Shown: piece after piece, positions 42,829 to 53,763 of the stretch
Layout of the letters: each line of letters begins with the position of its first letter
Numbering within the stretch: the first letter of the stretch is position 1
Source of the DNA: an uncultured Planctomycetaceae bacterium
Lineage (GTDB): Bacteria; Planctomycetota; Planctomycetia; Pirellulales; PALSA-1355
NCBI GenBank assembly: GCA_963785305.1
Contig: CAWAUV010000005.1
Coordinates: forward strand, 480,001-544,000
Direction of reading: 5' to 3'
DNA: 64,000 nt
The notes under the pieces: model-generated
Database searches by the model: none
What the model was told of the DNA's origin: nothing
What the model saw: only the letters and a program-made list of their open reading frames with translations
Made by a program: the position numbers and the translations under genes

Positions 42829-44750
42829 CTAGTCCTTAAACAAGCGTACGCGGTTGCGTTTTGCGGCGGTTTCGCGTGGCCGGCGGTGCGCGCGGCGTGA
42901 GCGGGCGGCGCCGGCGGGCGCGCTACTCTCGGCGGCGGGTTTTTGTTTGGCATTGGCGGTTGGCTTTCCTGGTTCGGCGTGGCGGCGGACCGGAGCGTCC
43001 GGACTCCGGCTTCAATTGATCGGCGTCAACATCGCAGGCCGTCCAGCCAGCGAAACAACACGACTTGCCAGCGATTCCAACCCAACAAACGATAGATCAA
43101 TCTTCGCCCGCCACGCACGATTTGACATGGCATCCGAATGAAAGCGTTGCGGAATGTCTTGAACTCCATCTTGAGCACCGTCTTCTTTTCCTCGCGCCGC
43201 GCTTCTTGTTCGCGGCCCGGCGGCTCGGGCAAGAGCAAGGCCCACCACGCCTTCAGGTTCCAGGCCAGCGAGACCATCACCATGTAGGCCCAGTTGCTCA
43301 CCAAGTTGTCGACCGGCGCGTGCAAGGCGCGCACCGCGCCTTTAAGCTGCGCGTTCAGGTTCTCTTGATCGCAGCGGTCGTTCGCCTCGAACACCACTTC
43401 GGCCGGCGTGAGCTCGCGATCGTTCGTCAAGTAGAAGAAGTAGCGATAGCTGGAAAACAGCGTCCGCTGACCTTGGTGCTCGTCGATCCACTTGCGCACC
43501 ACCACCAGGCGATACACCTTCTTGCACGCCGTGGGTCGATAATCAAACTCGGCGACCTCTTCGCCCACCAGCCGCAGGTTCTTGAATTCCCGCTCGCGCA
43601 CGATGCCTTCCTTAACATTGGTCGGCCGCGCGCGGTGCTTCGTCTTCACGGCATAACGCGGCGCAGCTCGAGCGGTTGCCAGGACTTGTCCTTCAAGTCG
43701 TCGGCCAAAAGCTGCAATTTCAGCTTGGCGTCCATGCCGAACACGAATCGCACGCGCGGGTCGTCCGTCCAGCGGTCCAGATGCGTCGTCTGCGAGAAGT
43801 CGGTGTCGCCGCGGAGCAACACCTTGCGAAAGCCGCCGGCGAAGCAGACTTCCAGCGCGCGATCGACTTCGGCCGCCGCCCCTTCGTGGCTGGGCCGGTT
43901 GCCCGAGCGGTTGACGATCGAGAACACTTCGCCCGTGTTGGCCAGCGACACGACCAGCGGATGATAGCCCCATTCGCCCTTGTGGGAGATGTCCATGCCC
44001 TCCTTGCACTGGCCGCCGGTGGGCGCGAACACGCCGTCCATGTCGATGCGGGCTTGGGCGAAGAACTCGGCGGGCTGGCGAGCCCAAGCTTTATGTCGTG
44101 TTTCGTGGAAAGCTTCTTGCAGCGCGCGCACGTCGCTCGGCTTGAAACGTCGGCAGAAGTCGCCCGCCGTGGTCGGATCGGGCACGCGCCGGGCGCCGAG
44201 CGCGTCGAGATAGACTTCGTCGTTGCGGCGCAGTTCGAGGTCTTCCAAGCAATCGCCGTCGCACAAGGCGTTGAACGCTAGGTTGAGCACATGATCGCTC
44301 TCATGATATGGCAGATGCACCTTGAGCAGATGCAATCGCCGATCGATCGCTTCGGCCAGCCCCAGTTCTTGGACCAGCAACCGCATCGCGCCCAAGCCGC
44401 CATAAGCCATGCCTTGCGCGCGCTCCGCAAGCTCATACTTGATATTGCCGGGCCGCATGATCGGGCGCTCGCAACCCTCGCAGTTGTGCTTGTCGATGCG
44501 CCGCTCGACCCGCCGCTTGCATGCGGCGAGACGTCGGCGTATCTTGGCCCGTGTTCTTCGGCCCTTGGCCTGCGCCCTCTGACGCTTGGCCCGCGCTCTT
44601 TGGTTCTTGGCTTTCACTCGAAATCCCTCGGTGGCCGTGGTGTTCGTGACTGGCAAAAAACACAGAATACCGCAAATCCGCCGAGGGATTTCGCTTTTTC
44701 CAAAAACCTCCCCGCCCACGCCCTCAAAGGGATACTGGTTTAAGGACTAG
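42829..44750 (-). mobile_element. IS1380-family insertion sequence
   Basis: IRs CTAGTCCTTAAAC(A)AG / CT(G)GTTTAAGGACTAG around an IS1380 transposase. Confidence 0.9.
43026..44617 (-). CDS. IS1380-family transposase (frameshift near 43665)
   Basis: LLKVHLPYHESDHVL, PDPTTAGDFCRRF, IDMDG, LRGDTDF, RCDQENL. Confidence 0.9.
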
Positions 44751-44773
44751 GACAAATCCCTATCGCTGCAAAA

Positions 44774-44824
44774 TGGCCGGTTTTCAAATGCTCAGGAGTG
44801 GCCGGTTTTGAATGCTCGGTGACA
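44774..44824. mobile_element. Orphan IS21-type terminal repeat
   Basis: Two internal repeats TGGCCGGTTTT(CA/G)AATGCTC ending in ...GGTGACA. Confidence 0.65.
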
Positions 44825-44955
44825 ATGGGTCGATTGTAAGCGATAGCGGGGGAGAATCGAGGCTCGGCGCCCCCCGCGGGTCGGAAGCGCATTCGGTTCC
44901 CGGCTAATTCAAAGGCGTTGTAACTGCTTGGCGGCGGGGCATCGCGCTGGGTAAG

Positions 44956-45645
44956 ATGACGGCTGCGGATGTTTTACCCCTTTCGCCCAGCGATGCCACG
45001 ACATTTCTTGGTCAAGCCTTCCATGATGCACACGAGCGGAGCCACGGCGCGACTCGGCAGCTTGGCGCAAGCGGCGCGGCTCAAGGAGCTCGGCAGCGCG
45101 CGCCGCATGCTCATCGTCGCCGGACTTCTTTCGATCTTGACCGACGGCTTTCGATTCCTTTCGGCCGGAGATCGGGTGCGCGAGGAGTTCGGCCCCAGTT
45201 CAACATGGTCGCCGCGGCCGGCAATCCGCAAGCCATCGAGCGGATCGAGCGCGTGGTGCGGCGTCGGATTCGTACGGCCCGGGCCGCGTCGGCGGTGTTT
45301 GTGCTGATCGGCGGTTTGTTCATTGTTTTGGCGTGCGCCCTGGGCAAGGCGCCGCTCGCGATCACGTCGATCGCGCTGGGGCTCTACGGGGCGACGAGCG
45401 TGGCCGCCCTGGCGCTGGCGCATTTGCATGGCGCGGTACATTTCTCGTATCTGTTCGGCATGAAGGCGGTGGTGGTCGTGGGGCTGGTCGACGCCGTGCG
45501 CACGGCGATCGCCTATCGCCGCGGATCGCGAGCCCAGAGCCTAGCGGGACACGCCAAGCCGGCGCCGCCGGCGAGCTCGCTGGATGCCCCGAATATCGAA
45601 CCCTGGGCAACGCGGATCGATTCCGCGGGCGCCTATCGCATTTGA
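44956..45645 (+). CDS. Hypothetical membrane protein (5' frame uncertain)
   Basis: Three hydrophobic segments in the C-terminal half. Confidence 0.5.
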   Translation: MTAADVLPLSPSDATTFLGQAFHDAHERSHGATRQLGASGAAQGARQRAPHAHRRRTSFDLDRRLSIPFGRRSGARGVRPQFNMVAAAGNPQAIERIERVVRRRIRTARAASAVFVLIGGLFIVLACALGKAPLAITSIALGLYGATSVAALALAHLHGAVHFSYLFGMKAVVVVGLVDAVRTAIAYRRGSRAQSLAGHAKPAPPASSLDAPNIEPWATRIDSAGAYRI

Positions 45646-45657
45646 AAGCGCCTTTCG

Positions 45658-46670
45658 ATGGATGCGCCGTCGATCCATAGCCGCAGTGGACCGTGGTGGC
45701 CGGTGGCGCTCGCATTGGTTCCGGCGGCCGGCTGCTGGATGCTGGCGATTCACGAACATAGCGAGGCATGGTTCGTCGGCTCGACCGCGCCGGCGCTGGT
45801 GGCCCTGGCGCTCGGGCTCAGCGCGGCTCGGCCGATGGTCATTCGCATTACGGAGGAGGGGCTCGACCTGGTGCTCTCCGACGAAACGATTCCCTATGAA
45901 TCGATCAACGCGCTGGCCGATCAGGATCACGGCGGCAAGCGATTTCGGATCACGCTCTGGGTCGACCATCGGCCGATCGATATTCCCGAACGAATCGATG
46001 TCGCTTCGCGGCTGCTCGAAGATTTTTTGGTGAGCCGGCTCGCGCGAGGGCCGGTCGAGCCACTCGATCCGGCGATGGCCGCGTTTCACGCGGAGCAGCA
46101 GGCCGTGTTTGATGATCACCAAGTGGAATACTTTGCCCGGCGTCCGCGCCGCATGGGCGCCGACCGGCAAATGCTGCTTGTTTCGCTCGCGGTGATTTTG
46201 GCCGGACTGGTTTGGATTTGTTACGGCGCGAGCAATATGAACCTCGCCGGCGAATTCTTCTTGGCCGGCATGCTGCTCGCGATCGCGGGCGCGTTTGCGC
46301 TTGTGCCCACGCTTGCCGGCAGTGGCGATCCGAAATTCGGCGTGTATTCGCGCTCCGCCGAGATGATTCTTTCGCCCGCCGGGTTGGCGCTCCAGCAGAG
46401 CGACCTCAAGGGCGGCTCGGCTGGAACGAAGTCACCGAGATCCGCCATGTGTCGGCGGCCTCGAGTTTCCGGCCGCGCCGGGTCAAGCATCGCCATATTT
46501 TGGTGCGAGTGCCGGGCGCCAAGATTCGGATTTACGACCTCTACGACCGGCCGCTTCACGTGATCCATGAGCGCATGATCGAGCACCACCGGGCAGCGAT
46601 CGCCAACGAACAACGCATGAAAGAGATGGCCGAACCGAGCGACGCCTTGATTTGGGAGGTCAACGGATGA
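45658..46670 (+). CDS. Hypothetical membrane protein with duplicated TM-pair/PH-like unit (frameshift near 46410)
   Basis: Two TM hairpins each followed by I..EGL / LSPAGL segments; continues in ORF 46212..46670. Confidence 0.55.
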
Positions 46671-48103
46671 TGAAAACATCCCGTCCACGCGATTCGTTTT
46701 GGGTTCGTGGGTTTCGGCGCGTCGTCGGCGCGTTGTTCGCCCTGGCTTGGTTCGCGGCATGGGCCTCGGCCTGGGCTACGGCCTGCTGGGCCGAGCACCC
46801 CGCCGCTCGTTCGAAGCCAAACATCGTGCTGCTCCTGGCCGACGATCAGCGGCCCGACACGATCGCCGCTCTGGGTAACCGCCACATCCACACACCCGCG
46901 CTCAACCGGCTGGTCGAGCGCGGCACGACTTTTCGCCAGGCGCATATCATGGGCGGCTTGCAGCCGGCGATCTGCTCGCCGAGCCGGGCCATGCTCATGT
47001 CGGGCCGGTCGCTGTTTCATGTCGATGAAAAGCTCGCGAGCGATCCGCTCTTGCCCGCGGTGCTGGCCGGCAGCGGCTACGAAACTTTTGGAACCGGCAA
47101 ATGGCACAACGGTCCGCCTTCTTATGCGCGGGCCTTCGAACAGGGCGACAATATTTTTTTTGGCGGCATGACCGATCCGCGGAAGGCGCCGCTCTCGCAT
47201 TTCGATCCGTCGGGCAAGTACCCCGCGAAGGAGCGCTTCGTCGGACAAGGCTACGCGACGGAGTTGTTCGCCGACGCCGCGATCGACTTTATCAAGGCCG
47301 AACATCAAAAGCCGTTTTTCTGCTATGTCGCCTTCACCGTGCCACATGATCCGCGAATTCCGCCGGGCGACTATGCGAGCATGTACGCCGCCGAACAGCC
47401 GCCCGCGCCGGAGAACTTTCTGCCAGCGCATCCGTTCGACAATGGCGAGCTCAAGATTCGCGACGAACTTCTCGCGCCCTTTCCGCGCACCGTGGACGAC
47501 ACCCGCCGGCAACTGGCCGAATACTACGGGATGATCTCGCATCTCGACGCGCAAATCGGCCGCATTCTCGCCGCGCTCGACGAAAAAAAGCTCGCCGAGA
47601 ACACGATCATCGTGTTTGCCGCCGACAACGGACTGGCCATCGGCAGTCACGGGCTCTTCGGCAAGCAGAATCTTTATGAACACAGCATGGGCGTGCCGCT
47701 GATCGTGGCCGGGCCGGGCGTGGCCGCGAATCGTCGCTCCGATGCGCTTTGTTATCTCTTCGATCTCTATCCCACGCTGTGTGACTTGGCCGGGGCGACG
47801 GTTCCGGCGGAGGTCGAGGGGCGCAGCCTCGCGCCGATCTTGCGCGGCGAGTCCGGCAGCGGGCGCAAGGAACTATACGCTGCCTACCGCGGCGTCCAGC
47901 GATCGGTGCGGGTGGAGAATCTAAAGTTGATCTGGTATCCGAAGATCGATCGCGTGCAATTGTTCGATCTCGCCGCCGACCCGTTCGAGCGGCATGACTT
48001 GGCAAGCGATCCGGCGCGGAAAGACGATATCCAGCGCATGCGCCGGGCGATGGCCAACGAAGCGCGCACGCTCGACGATCCACTTGTGATCGGTGGTTCG
48101 TGA
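46667..48103 (+). CDS. Sulfatase (formylglycine-dependent)
   Basis: PNIVLLLADD, CSPSRAMLMSGR, GKWH, DNG...GKQNLYE. Confidence 0.95.
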   Translation: MMKTSRPRDSFWVRGFRRVVGALFALAWFAAWASAWATACWAEHPAARSKPNIVLLLADDQRPDTIAALGNRHIHTPALNRLVERGTTFRQAHIMGGLQPAICSPSRAMLMSGRSLFHVDEKLASDPLLPAVLAGSGYETFGTGKWHNGPPSYARAFEQGDNIFFGGMTDPRKAPLSHFDPSGKYPAKERFVGQGYATELFADAAIDFIKAEHQKPFFCYVAFTVPHDPRIPPGDYASMYAAEQPPAPENFLPAHPFDNGELKIRDELLAPFPRTVDDTRRQLAEYYGMISHLDAQIGRILAALDEKKLAENTIIVFAADNGLAIGSHGLFGKQNLYEHSMGVPLIVAGPGVAANRRSDALCYLFDLYPTLCDLAGATVPAEVEGRSLAPILRGESGSGRKELYAAYRGVQRSVRVENLKLIWYPKIDRVQLFDLAADPFERHDLASDPARKDDIQRMRRAMANEARTLDDPLVIGGS

Positions 48104-48139
48104 GCCGTGGTTCGTGAACCGTTCGGCCCGAGGGCGCGT

Positions 48140-49222
48140 TCACACCGCCGGCCTCTCGGCGGCTGGCAATGTCCTATGGTCGGGCGACTGCTCGGCGGTT
48201 AGGTCGTCGGCGCGGTTGAACATCCAGTGGTTCACCAGTCCCGCGACCAGATGTTGCACGAGGTTGTAAAGGATGATCGGCAGCAGCACATTCGGATGAT
48301 CGGCCATGGTCATGGAAGCCAACACGAGCCCGGCGCCGTTGTTGTTCATGCCCAGGCCAAACATAAGCGCCACGCGATCGTTTTTTTCACAATGGCGATA
48401 GCGGGCGATCGCCCAGCCGGCGCCAAACGCCACGATGCACAACGAGAGCGTGATCGCCAGCGACACGGCGAGAAAGTCGTAGTCGGGCGAACGGATCGCC
48501 TGCGGCAGCGACACGGCGGCGTTCGCGTAGTTCAAGAACAAGAGAATCGCCGAGTTCGCCAGCCGCAGATTGGCTTTGCTGGCCTTGGCCCGCTGGGCGC
48601 CCATCGCGAGGCGACTCACAATGCCCAGGATCGTCGGCACGATGACCGAGACCGTCAGAAACCAGCCTGTGTCCGAGCCGGCGAGCTCATGCAGGTCTTC
48701 GGAATAGTCGCCGGTGGTGAGAAGCCCCACGGCGTTGAGGGCGACCGGCGTCGTGAGCGGGCTCAGAAACGTCGAGCAAAGCACCAGGCCCAGGCTGAGC
48801 GTCAAATTGCCATTGGCGTTTTGGGACCACGCGGTCGAAGAGCCGGCGATCGGCATCGAGGCCACCAGCGCCAGTCCCACGAGAATGTTTTGCACTTCGT
48901 CGGAGTTGTGCCAGAGCCGCATTATGAGGCTCACCGCGGCGATAAACGCGATGGGCACGAACAAGTTGGCCAATAGCCCCAAGACGAGCGACCACGGATC
49001 GCGTTTGAGTCCGCCGAGCGCCGCGAGTTCAATGCCCATGCCGGCGTTGAACAGCAGAAACCCGAGCATCGCCATCGGCAGACTCACCCGGCCCCACGAC
49101 ATCGATCTCACGGCGAGACCGACGCCGGGAAACACCGCCGCCAAGAGATACGAGCCGATCAACAGCCAAATAAAGTGGGCATGCACCCAGTGCGAGAAGC
49201 GAGCAAACATTGGCGAAGTCAA
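48140..49222 (-). CDS. Bile acid:sodium symporter family transporter
   Basis: Multi-TM; MPIAGSSTAWSQNANGN, GLGMNNNG. Confidence 0.85.
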   Translation of the reverse strand: MTSPMFARFSHWVHAHFIWLLIGSYLLAAVFPGVGLAVRSMSWGRVSLPMAMLGFLLFNAGMGIELAALGGLKRDPWSLVLGLLANLFVPIAFIAAVSLIMRLWHNSDEVQNILVGLALVASMPIAGSSTAWSQNANGNLTLSLGLVLCSTFLSPLTTPVALNAVGLLTTGDYSEDLHELAGSDTGWFLTVSVIVPTILGIVSRLAMGAQRAKASKANLRLANSAILLFLNYANAAVSLPQAIRSPDYDFLAVSLAITLSLCIVAFGAGWAIARYRHCEKNDRVALMFGLGMNNNGAGLVLASMTMADHPNVLLPIILYNLVQHLVAGLVNHWMFNRADDLTAEQSPDHRTLPAAERPAV

Positions 49223-49255
49223 CCTCCGTGTGTTCGTGAACCGATCGCCTTTACA

Positions 49256-51280
49256 TCACGGCGATTCCTTAATGCGAATGCGGCGATATTCCATCTGGCC
49301 GCGGTCGGCCTCCAGGCCGATCGGACCGGTCGCCGGGAGATCGGAAAATTTGAGCGGCTCGCCGTTGCAAGTGCAGGTCGCCGAGTTGCCATTCACCACG
49401 ACTTCCACATCGTTCCAATCTTGCGGTTTGTAGTGCTGAAGGTCCTTGTAAGGGCCGGCCACGAGATAATCGCGGCATTGAAGCTGCGGACCGCGAATGA
49501 AGATGCCGCTATCGGCATTGGCGCCCGCGCGAAACTGGAGCTTGAGCACGAAGTCGCGAGGAAACTCGCGCACGGTCCACAACTGGGCCGTCCCCTTGCC
49601 GGGATTGACCACGATGCGCCCGTCGCGGGCCGTATAGCGGCCGTCGCTGGCTTGGGTCTTGCCATCGAGCGCCGGTCCATTCTTATAGTGCCAGCCGGTG
49701 AGATCGGTTCCGTTGAAGAGGAGTTTGAAGCCGGGCTCGAGCGTAAAAGCCGGTTCGGTCTTGAAGGGCGAAGCCGGGAGTCCAGCGGCATTGAACAGGT
49801 TCACATCGGGCGAATTCGTCCAGCCATAGCGCGCCGCCACCGGCGCGGCGACCGACTCGCTCGACACCACCACGGTGTCGCCGTCGATCTTCGCCTGGGC
49901 GTCGACGAATTTGCCATCGGCGCCGGCCACGGCGAAACCCCGTAGCGGGCCGTCTTTGGCCACGAGGCCGCCGCCCAGGTGTTTGAATCGCAGCGTCAGG
50001 CGATTGCCATCGCTACTCATGCCGTCGAGCGTGGGGCCGGAGTATTCGATGTTTTCGCCATAGGCCAGGGCCCGAGCGGCCAAGGCCAGCCGCTCACCAA
50101 CCGGCTGCTTGTTCTTGGGATGAATGTCCGTCGCGGCGCCCACATCGGTCGTCACGGCCATGGCGGTGTTGGGCGTGGTTTCGGTGGTCAGACGCTGCGC
50201 TTCGCGAATTTCGGGCGACTGGCCGTTGTTCGGCGTGATCTGCACGAAGAGAAATGGAAAATCGCCTTGTGCCCAAGCCTTGCGCCACGCGCCGATCATC
50301 GTGGGAAACAGGGTTTCATATTCGCGGCCGCGGCCGGAATTCGATTCGCCCTGATACCAGATCACGCCGCGCATCGCATAGGGCGCCAAGGGGGCGATCG
50401 AGCCGTTGTAGAGACCCGTCGGACGATTATTGCTCTTGCCGGGCTCTTGCGGCGGCTGCGGTTTTCGCGGGTGCTGGGTTCCGGCGGCTTTGGTCTTCGC
50501 AAGGTCGGCTTCGTACTTCGCCAGATGTTCGGCTTCGTGGGCCTTGTAGTGCTCCAATGTCTTCGAATAGTCGGCCACTTGTTTGGCATGCTTGTCGAGG
50601 AGTGGATGGAGCGTGGGATTGTTTTCGATCTCCGCCCGCGGAGTCCAAGCTTCGGCCACGGTGCCGCCGACGGCCGACTTGATCAACCCGACCGGCACGC
50701 CCAACTTCTGCCGCAGGGCCTTGCCAAAGAAATAGGCCACGGCCGAAAAGCCCTGCGCGCTTTCGGGCGAATCCACCGCCCAAGCGCCGCCGATGGTTTC
50801 TTGCGGCTCGTCGACCGCGTGGGCCTGCGCGTTGAAGAGTCGCAATTGAGCATCGCCGGCGGCCGCGATCGTGGCTTCGCCGTTCGAGGCGCCCTTGAGG
50901 CCGAATCCCATGTTCGACTGACCGCTGCACACCCAGACCTCGCCCACGAGAATATCGTCGCGCTTGATCGTCGGGCTGTCGCCGGTTTTAGCGGTGAGCG
51001 ATTGTCCGGTGGCCGAGGCTGGCATTGGGTCGAGCCGCACCATCCAGCGGCCATCTTTATCGGCCACGGCCGACTTGTCTTGCCCGGCGAACTGCACATC
51101 CACCTTGGCGCCCGGCTCCGCATGCCCCCAGATCGGAACCAGCATGTCGCGCTGGAGCACCGCATGGTCGGTGAATGGGCTGGCGAGCGAAAGCGATTGA
51201 GCCGCCTGGAGCGTTCCGGAAAGCAGACCGAAGAAGGCCAGCGTCGCGGCCAAGGTCGAAGCGAGCAGCGGGGTTTTCAT
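49256..51280 (-). CDS. Sialate O-acetylesterase-family protein fused to DUF1080
   Basis: GEVWVCSGQSNM, WYQGESN, DIHPKNK; C-terminal LLFNGTDLTGW...YRRIRIKE. Confidence 0.9.
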   Translation of the reverse strand: MKTPLLASTLAATLAFFGLLSGTLQAAQSLSLASPFTDHAVLQRDMLVPIWGHAEPGAKVDVQFAGQDKSAVADKDGRWMVRLDPMPASATGQSLTAKTGDSPTIKRDDILVGEVWVCSGQSNMGFGLKGASNGEATIAAAGDAQLRLFNAQAHAVDEPQETIGGAWAVDSPESAQGFSAVAYFFGKALRQKLGVPVGLIKSAVGGTVAEAWTPRAEIENNPTLHPLLDKHAKQVADYSKTLEHYKAHEAEHLAKYEADLAKTKAAGTQHPRKPQPPQEPGKSNNRPTGLYNGSIAPLAPYAMRGVIWYQGESNSGRGREYETLFPTMIGAWRKAWAQGDFPFLFVQITPNNGQSPEIREAQRLTTETTPNTAMAVTTDVGAATDIHPKNKQPVGERLALAARALAYGENIEYSGPTLDGMSSDGNRLTLRFKHLGGGLVAKDGPLRGFAVAGADGKFVDAQAKIDGDTVVVSSESVAAPVAARYGWTNSPDVNLFNAAGLPASPFKTEPAFTLEPGFKLLFNGTDLTGWHYKNGPALDGKTQASDGRYTARDGRIVVNPGKGTAQLWTVREFPRDFVLKLQFRAGANADSGIFIRGPQLQCRDYLVAGPYKDLQHYKPQDWNDVEVVVNGNSATCTCNGEPLKFSDLPATGPIGLEADRGQMEYRRIRIKESP

Positions 51281-51433
51281 GGGATCTTCGCGTCCTGATC
51301 ATTGGGGGTGGGGGATCGAACCACGCAAGCGACGCGAGCCCATTGCGCCGCACGCATGATAATCCACTGCCAGACGCTTCAATACAAGCGTCTTCTCAAA
51401 AAAGGGCTCGCCCCCCGCCGGCGCCGTTTCCAG

Positions 51434-51616
51434 TCACGCGGCGCTCGAAGTCGGGACGGCATTTTCATCGTTCGCCCGGGGCGGCAAATATTTGCGCACC
51501 GTGCGCGAGCTGATGCGAAGTTCGCGCACGATGGCCTCCTGCGAAAGCCCGACCTTCCGTAGCCGCGAGATTTGTTCGATCGTCGCCAAGTCGACCCGTT
51601 GTCCGCGAATACCCAT
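51434..51616 (-). CDS. Small helix-turn-helix protein
   Basis: AAGGAG RBS; LRKVGLSQEAIVRELRISSRTVRKYL. Confidence 0.7.
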   Translation of the reverse strand: MGIRGQRVDLATIEQISRLRKVGLSQEAIVRELRISSRTVRKYLPPRANDENAVPTSSAA

Positions 51617-51681
51617 GAATCGCTCCTTGAAAATGCAATCGCCCCAAAATACAAATCGCAATCGACGCCGCGCCGCCACTT

Positions 51682-53170
51682 TCAAAATCCGAACGCGCCG
51701 CGACGCGAATTCGCATCGCGCCAGCGGCACGAGCGAGGCGCGCCCGGCGGCGAGCTCGTCGGCTCGCTCGGGCGCCGCGCCGCGAAAAACCGTTCGCGAG
51801 CCAATTCCAGCGCCATCGCGAGCGCGTCGGGTCCGTCGTCGTGTTTCGCGCTCGGAAAGCCTTTCAATTGTTCGACCAATAGCGCCGTGCCCGGCGAGTG
51901 GCGACGAAAACGAAACTCGCCGCGGGCCAAATAGGGGGCGAGCCCTCGAATGCGCGCCACCTTGTTTTGGGTGTTCGCCCACGGTGTGACGGGCAGCATG
52001 AACCCGTCCGCGCGCAAGGCGCGGGCAATGCCATCGGCCAGGAGCTGCTGAAAGCCGTTGGCCTCGACGCAAAATGCCAGCGGATTGAACACATGGCCCA
52101 GCCGCACGGCGTCGAGCGCCATGCGATGCGCGTCGCGGCGATCGAGATCGGCCTCGACCCAGAGAATGCCCGACCGATCGAGCACCAACATGACAAACGC
52201 CGAGTAGTCGCAGTGGTCGCTCGCCCCCAGCGATGGATCGAGCGCCATCACGCGATCAACCACTTCGGCCGCGACCGGCCACTCGTCGAACCAAATCGTG
52301 TCGCTGAAATAGTCGGCCCGAAACTCGACGTCGAGCGTTTCGGGCGGGTTTTGCTGATAGAGCGCGTTCCACATCCACTCGTAGCCGCTGGCCTGATAAG
52401 CCGCGCGGCGCGCTTCGAGCCACGCATGGTCGAATTGCGGTCGCGGGCGCCCGAGCTCGTCGAAGCCGGTCGGCCAAAGCGGCTGGCCCGGCAAGCGGCC
52501 GAGCGCGTCGCCCGGTTCGGCCAGGGCCGGCAGTCGAATCACATGATAAGCTTCGCCGCCGCGCTGGGCGTCGAGCAGCAACTGTCCGATCAGGTCGAGC
52601 GGGTGCCAGCGAGTGGCGATAATGACCACCGCGCCGCGCGGGCTGAGCCGGGTGCTCGAGGTCGAAAGAAACCACTGGTGTACTTTGCGGCGTTGGGTTT
52701 GGCTCAGGGCTTCTTCGACGTTTTTACAATAGTCATCGACGATCAAAAGATCGGCCCCGCGACCCATGATGCTGCCGCCCACGCCGGCCGCTCGCATTCC
52801 GCCGCCGCCCTCGACTTGCCAGCGATGCCGGGCTCGCGCCGTGTCGCGCAGCCGCACTCCGAACACGCTCGGCCCATGTTCGCGAAAAATATCGCGGGCA
52901 GCCATCGAAAAATCGAGAGCGAGCTCATTCGTGGCGCTGGTGAGAATCACTTGGCGATCGGGAAAGGTGCCGAGGTACCAAGCCGGAAAAAACTGCGAGC
53001 CGAGAGTGCTCTTGCCATGGCGAGGCGGCATTTGCACTACGAGCCGGCTGAGTTTACCCCGGGCTATGTCCGTCAGCGCGCGATCCAAGAGCCGGAGGTG
53101 CGGAAACATCGACCAACGACCCGGGTGAATCGAACACGCAAAGCTCCCCGGGGTCGCCGTGGATTGCACG
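51682..53170 (-). CDS. terL: Phage terminase large subunit (start uncertain)
   Basis: Walker A MPPRHGKST, Walker B LLIVDD, coupling motif ATRWH, nuclease ALDPS..DYSA and HDDGPDALAMA. Confidence 0.93.
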
Positions 53171-53682
53171 ATGTCGGCAATATTCGAGAAAATTCTCATC
53201 CAAAAGCAATGCCTGGCGGATGTCGACCGTTTGGACGACGAATTGGTTTTGCGCTCTCGGCGCCGGTATTTCAAGATCGCGCAGCGGCGATCGATGCAGC
53301 GGGCCACGATCTCGAGGAACTTGGCCGAGCCGATCTGGCCGCGGCTGGTTTTTTCGGCCCGGCGCACGTCTTTCAGATCGGCGCCCGCCCCGCTGATCTT
53401 GTTGGTTTCGACCGGCAGCAGCGACCGCTGCCAGGCTTCCCATGCTTCGCGCTCGAGGTTGTCGAGCTTGCGAAGTTCGAGTTCCTGGTCGGATTCGCCA
53501 TCGCGGCGGCGCGAAGCGGCGAACCACTCCCGGCGAATCGCCTTGAGATCGCTGGTCACGGTGCGCTCGCTCACCGCGACGCGTCGCGCGATTTTGGCCC
53601 GCGGCATTCCTTGCAGGTAGCAAGTGGCCACCTCCACGCGTCGAAGCGCGATCGCCTCGCGGCGACTAACGGTCTTGCTCAT
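53054..53682 (-). CDS. Putative terminase small subunit (HTH); read in frame with TerL in this assembly
   Basis: CYLQGMPRAKIARRVAVSERTVTSDLKAIRREW, LDNLEREAWEAWQRS, CIDRRCAIL; an alternative C-terminus VDIRQALLLDENFLEYCRHRA stops at 53054. Confidence 0.7.
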
Positions 53683-53763
53683 GGCCCCCCGCGCCTCCAC
53701 CGGCCCATGGGAATGTCGCGGTCGCGATTGCTCGCGTTTCCTTGCCGCGCGCTTGCCGTCCGT

